Shown one piece after another: positions 9,401-18,400 of a stretch of 54,007 nucleotides of DNA. The stretch's first letter is position 1, and each line of letters begins with the position of its first letter. Both the position numbers and the translations under genes were made by a program. The DNA is from a virus (lineage: Duplodnaviria > Caudoviricetes): the IMG/VR virus record IMGVR_UViG_3300046011_010503, positions 1-54,007 of that record; one strand, given 5' to 3'. A model generated the notes under the pieces. The model made no database searches. It saw only the letters and a list, made by a program, of their open reading frames with translations, and was not told the DNA's origin.

Positions 9401-12400
9401 TCAAGTTCGGCCCGGGTTGCAATATTGTCCCAGTGCTTTTCAAATAAAGGCCGGCGCTCTTCAGTTACCCCTTCAATATCTGGCACCTTAAAGCGGTCTT
9501 TAATGTACTGCGTGAGATCCTCGATCTGCTCCTGGGCGGCAATCTGTTCTGCCTTGGGGCGACGGAGTTTTGTGGAGACGTACTTTTTCTTGGGCACCGA
9601 TCCGTCGGGAAGGAGCTCTTGTTTTCTGCGGGCGAAGAGGGGTTGACCCTCGTGCATGACGGAATCGCGCATTTCGTCGGTGATGGTGATGGACTGCTGG
9701 GTTGGAGAATTTTTAATACTCCACTCTCTGGCCTCTTCTATGGTGTCAAAATGCGGTCCATCTTGCGTAATAAAATATCCACCACGGTATTTGTCCTGCG
9801 TTGGCATGGGCATGGCGTCACGACCAAGGGAGACTGGCTCAACCTTGGTTCCCCATTTTTTCCCGTACTTCTCGAAAAACTTGGGGATCTGCACGTCGTA
9901 GAGATTGTGGGCCCACTCTCCGCCGATTTTAAGATCTGTTCCTTTTAATATTTTTGGGCGATTATGCTCTGGTGACAGTACATAGTTTCGTGTGACATGG
10001 TCGGCCTCTCGTGCCGCATCCTCTTTTGATAAATATGTTCCTGACTCGGATCCATCCTGCCATTTAATGTACCATCTTCCATCTTTAAACACCTCACCAA
10101 CAGCGCTTCCTCTATTTGTGAAAAAGGAATAATCTCTTCTTTTATCAAACTCACCATCTCTATTGACAATTTTATTTGCCACATCTTTTCCAAAAATACC
10201 TGCCAATTCACTTTCAGGAACATTCATTCTATCAAGAATGTCCCTCCCTATTTTATCGGTAACATGAAAGTTGTATGTTCCGTCTGCATTTTTACTATGA
10301 TTTATAGATTCAGCAACTTTTGCGAGGTTATACCGGTCCGCAGTCTGCTCCCCATTAATCCACGCAACCCGGTTGTATCCCTCTTCTGCTGCCATGCGGA
10401 GAATGCGCTTGAGGGTGAGCTCTTGCCAGTTTTTGAGGAAGGGCTGGTTGGGAACACCCTTTAATTTCATGTTGTGGTTTAGGTCTATGAGAGCATTTTT
10501 TTTGGCAGACTCAATTGTGCCATTATATTCTTTCCAAACAATATTTCCACTTCCATCTTTAACGTCAATCCTTGTGTCCGACCATCCGTTTGGAGCCTCC
10601 TTGACAACAACTTCATTGAAGGTATAGTCAGAGGGCAATTCATTAACAGGATTTTGACGCACACCCTTATCTCTCACATCCCTCGCCCAGTCGCTCTGGA
10701 TCTCTTCGACAAAAAGAACCTTCTCGCCATTTGGACCGGTGCGATCGTCAAGGCGGGTGTGGGCAATGACGTTGGGTTCTTCCCAGTGGGAGGATTTGTA
10801 GCCATTCTCAACAACCTTAAAACTTTTTTCAGTGGCAGGGCGAACAACTTTTAATGGTAATGTCAGCAGCACTTCCCGGTAATTCTCTCCACCAGGGAGG
10901 GTGTATTGCTGGTACTTTGTTTCCACTTCTGCGCGCTCTCCACCCATGTCATTTTCGTTCGCTTCGACCATCTCATCAATCAGCTCTTGCCTTGTTGCGC
11001 CTAAAGGGATCTCCTGGTCCATATAGTTTTCATAATGCTCAGCAACCTCTTCATCGGACAGCCCTTCAAAGGGTATTTTTTTATCACCTTGTTTGTTATA
11101 TTTTTCCTGCACCGTTACCTGGTTCTGCCGAACAAAATCTTCAATCTCTTTTTTCGTGACGCTCTGCTTCCCCTTCAGGAAATCATCCAACCCCATCCAC
11201 TTCCACTCCGACTCTTTCACCCCTGGCGCTTTTGAGATCATAGCAAAGAACTGGTCACCGGTTCCGCGGTCCTGCTTGAGTGCTTGCACGGCTTTGAGGG
11301 TTGGAGAATAGAAGGTATCTGCGATCGGGCGCTGGAACAGAACGCCGTCAGTCATTTCAGATACCCGAGACTCAAGCTCTGACTCGGTGCGGGCTGCGAA
11401 GGTGTTGCCGTTTTTGTCGTTGAATAGTGCGGTGCCTGGGTATCCGGGTACCCCTTCCTGCATGCCGACAAAACTTAACCCGTATTCAGCGGCCAGGGTG
11501 CGGGCGTTTTGATCGTTGAGGGTGTTGTTGTTGCGCTGATAGCGGATATCCGGATTTGACGGATCGAATGCTCCAGTGTTGCCGGTGGCGGATTTGATTT
11601 GGGTTGTGGAAAATACTTTATACTCAATATCGTCCATGCTTTCGCCATTGCCCATGTGTATTGCACCATCATAGCCAGCATCTTTAAAATATCTAACTGC
11701 GTCAATATCATCAAAAACAAAATAAGCGTCAAGATATAATTCTTTTATTCTTTTCGGTGACTTCCTTAAAAGCTCTTCAACGCTACTATATTTTTCTGAA
11801 AAGTTTTCATCCCAATTGTTGGTAAGCTCTATTTGGTAACTATGTTTAATTGCGATTTTAATTGCCTTGTCAATACCAATCGCCTTTACAATGTCACCCA
11901 TCTCAACAAAGGGATCGTCTAAATTTTGGATAACAGGGTTTCTAATTGATAGGTATGCCGGGATTACCCTTGGTTGTTCAGCGGTTTTAGACAACTCCCT
12001 GTTATTAGGGCTTTCAGCATAGGTCGCTGCAGTTTCTGGATTATTAACAAAAGACACCGACCCCAGAGCGGTTTGAATAAGTGAGCTGGGCACATCTCCG
12101 ATTTCTTCAAGCAACGATTTTTCATCAGTTGTCGGTACTAAGTGCGTAGTGCGAACCTTAGTTCTTACTTTGCCATGCTCACCTCTATAAACCACAAGTG
12201 GTTTTCCGTTCTCATCTACCACCTTACTTGCATTCTCCGGATCGTTCTCCCAGTCGCCAAACCATCGCTTAAACTCGGCGGTACGTGTTTGATCCTGCTG
12301 CTGTCCAGAGCCATCCCTCATGAACAGAGCTTCCCTAACAGCCCCATAAAACTCTTCCCGGCTCGCTCCACGCACCGCTGCAGCCATCATCTTTACCATT

Positions 12401-15400
12401 TCACCCCGCACGGCCTGAGCGTCTTTAAACCACCCCTCTGACGTTCTACGGTAGACCTTTGCAGCGCGCAGTATCCGGTCAATCACTTCCGCGATTTTTT
12501 GCAGCAGCCGGCGTGCCAGTGGCTGAGAATACGCATGCACCGCATCCCAGAATTTCGGATCGGTCGAGCTGTCCGCCAGGTAGTTCGCAATCACCTCTTC
12601 AACGCCAATATCCTTCATGCCTTGGGTCAGCTCTTTTGATTTCATCAGGGAGCGGTACCACTCTGCCTCGCGCAGTGCAGCTGCGTTTCCGGAATCGGTA
12701 AACTGCTTCTGGAAAAAATCCATCAGGCGCGTTTTAAGGTATGGCTGCTTTGCGAAAATATCGTGCAGGACTTCATGCATTACCACGTAGACAGAGGGGT
12801 CAGTGCTGCTATCGTTGAGATAGACAACCCCGTTGTGGCGGAACCCGTTGAACATGTCGGAGAGCTTTTGCGCTTCTCTGGTCAGCTTAATGGTTTTGAT
12901 CGGGACATCAAAGACTCGTTGAGCCAGCCCAATAAAACCCGCGCTTTGTGGTGCTGCATCGACCACCTGAATATTTTCAGGTCCAATTGAAACGCCCTGG
13001 TTCGCAGCGGCTTTGGCAAGCGCAGAGATTGCGCCAAACTGGAAAGGATCTGCAGTTTTGCCCGGCTGCTCAGTTGAAAGTGTGGGGCGTCCTGATCGGT
13101 GGAATTGGGTGTCATTGGGGGATTGTTCTCCTCGTTGAAATCGAATGTCGGGATTGGATGGATTGAACACTCCAGTGTTGCCGGTTGCGCTTTTTATTTG
13201 GTTTGGGGAGAAAACCACATATTGGTCTTGAACTCCCCCGGCATCGTAATGATTTTTTAGTAAAATGCCATCAAAGCCCTCTTCTTTTGCTTTATTTATT
13301 ATTTCTGCACGCCCATATTTTCCACCCTTTAAATCAACAGTTTTTAATTTTTCTATGTTTAAATAAACTGGTTTTACCGATCCGATATTTTTAGATGGAA
13401 AAAGTTCATCATACCCAGAATATTTAGAAGCTATCTCTGGGTTTGTGGAAAAAAACATCCCTTGTTCACCCTTTACTTTATTTAATCCAGTTCTAAATTC
13501 TGTAAAATTCTTATCTGTCCCATGATACACCACCAACGGCTTCCCGCTCTCATCCACAACCTTGCTCGCATTTTCCGAATCGTTCTCCCAATCGCCAAAC
13601 CAGGCTTTAAATTCTGTGGTATAGATTTGAGATTGTTCCTTGCGCTGGAAGAGGGCGGAGGACTCGGGTTTTGTTATATTAACAATCCGAGCGTTCACCC
13701 CGGTCGTGTTCATCAATGTTTTGTCTTGAAAGGTGTTTTGCGGCAACTTCTCTTCGCTACCATTTACCTCTTCAAGCCAATCTCTAAAATCAGAGGCTTT
13801 TCTGTCTGACCGGAAAAAAGCTCCCTCTCCCATAATTGCAACGATTTTTCCGCCTGGCTTTAAAAGATCGTATGCGTGCCTTACGTGCTCGATGTCGGCA
13901 CCACCGCCAAAAGGAGGATTCATAACAATGGCGTCGTATCCTCCCTCGTTGTAATCCATAAAATTATGTTCGACAACATTATATCCTTTTGCTTGCAGAA
14001 GCTCCCTTAGGCTGCTGCTTATTTCGACAACGTCCGGCTTAACCCCTGCAGCCCTTATCGCATCGGCAATGTTTCCGTTACCCGCACTCGGCTCAAGAAC
14101 CTTCATCCCTTCGGTAATTCCAGCATCCCGAACCATTTGCTCTGCAACTGGTTTTGGTGTTGGGAAAAAATCTACCCCAACATTTTTACCGATAAGACTA
14201 CGCTCAAGCTCTTTTATTTTATCAACAACAGGAGCCTTACCCCGGTATTTTACATATTCTCTCAAAGCGGAAGAAAGCATTATTGGATTTTCAAAACCCA
14301 TTGTCTTTAAGCGCCTGTGGCGTTCAAGCGCATCAACAATCTGGTTGTATTTGGCATCATTTTCACTCAACAGACTGGTAAGTTTTTCCAGCGCATCTAT
14401 TTCCGACTGATCTTTAATTACCTGAATTCCGCTGTCCTTTCCAACTAATCTAAAATACAATTTTTTTATTGCCGCTTTAGACCCGGGCCTGCTCTCCACT
14501 TTCTTAAAGAGGTCACTCAAGTTTTCTGCCCACAAATTTGGATAATAAGCCTTTGACGCATTTAACTTATCAATTGTTTCTTCTGTGGCAGGTTCCCCTT
14601 CGTGCTTCTCTCGCTCGGAATATGTCGGGTATTTTAGATTAACCTCATTGCGTTTCGCTTCGTTAACTAATCCGTCAAGTTGCTCAATATGGGTTTTTGC
14701 GCTGACTCCATCAAGAAATTTAACCTCTCCAGCATCAATGGCAGCGGCGATGTTCAGCATCGTCTTGCCTATTCTCTTCTGTTTGTTAAGAGCGGCATCA
14801 GCGCTACTCGCCATTGCTGCCCGGCGGGCGGTGTTTGTTTGCCGGTCCTGGTTTAAGCCCTCGTCCGCTTTGGCAATTATTTTTTCGGCATTGGTCCTTA
14901 GCTTGTCGGCACGCTTTACTGTTTTAACAGTTTCCTTCTCGACAACAGCGTCGGCATTAGAAACGTCTCCAGACTTCAAAGCCATAAACTTTTCAGCTTG
15001 CGCCTTTTCCGTAAACTGAAATCCAGGGGTTGCACCATTGCCTTTGTAAGAAGAGTAATACCCGCCAAGCTTTTTAGCTTTGACGTTCAGGTCATTATAT
15101 ATTTCTCTGTCAACACGGTTATTTAGGCGCACGACAAACAAGTCGTGACCCTTCTGGGTGTGCTTTGTTTCTATGAGCTGCATGCCGGTGTCGCCAATGT
15201 CAACTTTCTCAACAGTTGAATCGTCAATCTTTTCCTCTTTTCGTTTTTCCTTTATATTTGTAGAGGTAAGATCTTCGTATGTCCGGCGCTGCTCTGGAGT
15301 TAAATCCTCAACTTTTTTATATTGAAGGAATGTTTTGAATTCTGCAAGTGTTTCAGGATTTTTAATGGCTTTTATTGTCGCCTGGCGCCGGGCAATGTAT

Positions 15401-18400
15401 TCTTTAGTGTTTTTGTCAACCTCCTCTGCAAAAGCATCAAGATCCTTTTGTGTTGTATTATCAACAATCTTTTTGACCGAATCAGCATAGGTCCCATTAA
15501 AATCATGCACAATTCCCCGGGATAACCCATAAGTACTAAGCATGCTGTGATAGATAGACGAAATCAATTCACTTTTATTTTCCCCTGGGCGCATGTACGA
15601 GGTGTAATTCGAATAAATTTTCTGAAGAGCATCTTTTTTATTGGTGGACAACTCTGCCTTAATGTTGTTTTCCGAATCAACCAGTTTACTAAAAGTCATT
15701 TTAAAATCATCTATTGACAATTTTCCGTTATAGAGTTTTTTCTTAGTTTCTGTAAATGCACTATAAGTCATCTTGCCTGGGACAATAACCGGATCAAATG
15801 CTTTTTCTTCTGTCTTTTCAGATTTCTGAGCTTGGACCGCTAAAGGTTCAACAATCGCCTCTTTTTTTGGTACTTCTTTCTCTTTTACAGTAGGAACATT
15901 TTTAAACAAATCCTCCTGCTTCGTAATCATCGCTTCCCGCTCGTTCGCATCAAACATCGGCAACCCCTGGAGCGAGACTGCAGGGCGGACAGCATCTTTC
16001 TCTCTCTGTTGAGCTTCGATCTTCTTTTCTTCTTGCGTCCTGGTGTCAGCAGCCTTTGTTCCTTCAAACAAATCCCCAGTCACCAGAGGACCTTTTTTCT
16101 GCTGAGGTGGAGCAACATTCTCTCCATTAAAAAGAGGCAGCCCAGCCAGGCTTGGACCTGTTCCGGAAAACATATCGGCCTGATTTGGATCATACCCGGT
16201 CTTGCGCTGAAAAAGAGTCGGCTCCTCGGATGTAGATTTAGAATACCGCTTTTCATATTCTCCAGCTTGGCGCGACATCTCGGCATAGGCTTTGTGCGCT
16301 GCCTCGTATTCGTTTTTTGCGGCTTTTATTTTAGAGCGGACTTCCGGAGTGGTTGGAAACTCCTTGACGAAAGCCACAAAGTCACTCGGGGTATTAAAGT
16401 CTTCAAGGGTAATTCCTGTTTTTGCAGTGAAATCTTTGTTTTCTACAAAGAAATCATGCATTGTCACATCAGCGCTCTGGGCACCTTTGCCACGATAATC
16501 AGAGGAATTTCCACCAGTTGCGAGATTTACGTCTTTTTGAGAAAAAGCATTGCGGTATTTCGATATTATTTTCGAGGCTTCGAGCTGTCCGGATAGTTCG
16601 TCAATGCGAGACGACAAAGAAACTACTGCTCCAGCTGCGGAGTCTCTTCTCTCAACAATCGATTTAAAGTGAGTCGCATCTTCAGCATGGACTCTCCCAT
16701 CTGTCGATCCAGATTTGACGAGCTGTTCAAGAGGTAGTGCAGATCCGGATCCTTTTCCTCTTTTGATAGGGGTTTTACTTTTGGTTTGTTCTGCGGTACC
16801 GGCTGTTGTTGCTTCTGCGGGGACTGCTGCGGAAGGCTCGGTTGCTGTCGGCTCTGCAGATGCGCTTCCACCATCTTTTTGTTCTGTTCCAACCGCTGCT
16901 GTGCTGCTTGCGGGTCCTTGGGCGGCACCGGGTCCAGGTACTGCATTTTGTACTGGTTCATACTTCTTATCCCCTTCAAAAGTTTGGGCTCTTCCGGCAT
17001 CCTTTGCTTTGTAAAGCTGATCGTCAGCAGCCTTTACACCTTCACCAAATCCAGCGGAGAACGAAACGCCGGTCAGTTTGCCATCATTAAACGGAATACT
17101 GCTTAAATCACTGCGGGCAGACTCGACACGTTGTAATATATCATCTTTCGAAACTCCTTGCTTGGGAATTATTAAAAATTCCTCGCCGCCATGCCGACCA
17201 ACGAATGCAATATCATTGAGTCTGTTTGACAAAACAAGTCCAGCGCTCTGCAAAACGTCATCTCCAACCTGGTGACCGTGAGAGTCGTTGACGTTTTTAA
17301 ATTTGTCCAGATCAAGCAGAACGACGGGAGGAGGGTTTTTATCCCCTTCCCGCATTGAGTATCCCATTTCGTACGCTGCACGATCAATCCCGGTTCTATT
17401 CATGAGTCCGGTGAGTTGGTCCGTCTCACTTGCTTTGTGAAGTTTTGCGTATTCAGCGTCTTTTTCTTCAGGTGTTAACGCTTTAAATTTGTCAGGAACA
17501 ATTATTGCCCGGTCAACTTTTTTGGCAGGCACGGCTTCAGCGGCACCCTCTTGAACTGCGGTAGGCGCAAACTCATCGGTGGGCGCCGGCGCATTATCCA
17601 CAACCGGCTCACCGATCGGACTTAACAAAGCTTGGGTTTCTTGACCTTTTTCATTGGCAACCCCTTCTGGTTGAGGTGTAGTAATAATTCCCGACTCCTC
17701 GGGGCTTGGTTCGTATGCCTGGATGATTCTGTCGGCTTCACTGTCTGAAAGCTGGGACTGTATCTTTCCCCTATCTTCCTGTGGAAGTGAATAAAAGGCT
17801 TCTGGTGATTCAATATCAAAATCACTTAATAACTTCTGTCCGCTAGGTCTCTGGGTCTGCGATTGTTGCGATGGAGATTTTGCGAGTTCGGCACCATCAG
17901 GAGTAAATTCAACTTTTGGCGCGGTCTCTCCCATCGTTGTGTATGGGCTTGTGTTTTGTTGAACCTGTGAACCATCTGACGGTTTTGTTTTTGGTAATGC
18001 CTTTTTAGTTAGGCGTGTTACTCCACCAATTCCAATATGCAGGGCCATGCTTGGGAGAGCTGCCAAAACAAAAGTCTGCAGGTTCTGCCCGCCGTTTTTG
18101 ACCAGGTCATCAACAATGGGTTGGTACTTCTCCGCCTTGCTAGGGTTGCTCTTTATTGCGTCCCTGACAGCCAACACGGAAAGATAGTCCTGGAGGTTCT
18201 GCTGAGTGACTTCGGTTGTACCTTCAACGAGACCAGCCTCTGCAGTTCCGGCAACCGCTCCGATCGCTTTAACCAAAACCTTTTTTGCCACACTGTTCGC
18301 AACATTCTTTGTGGCTAGTGCGGTAATTTTTTCAACGGTGGGTATTTTCTTAACCAGCTTTGAGGCGCTTGCCGCCCCTACGGTGACTAGTTCGCTCACA

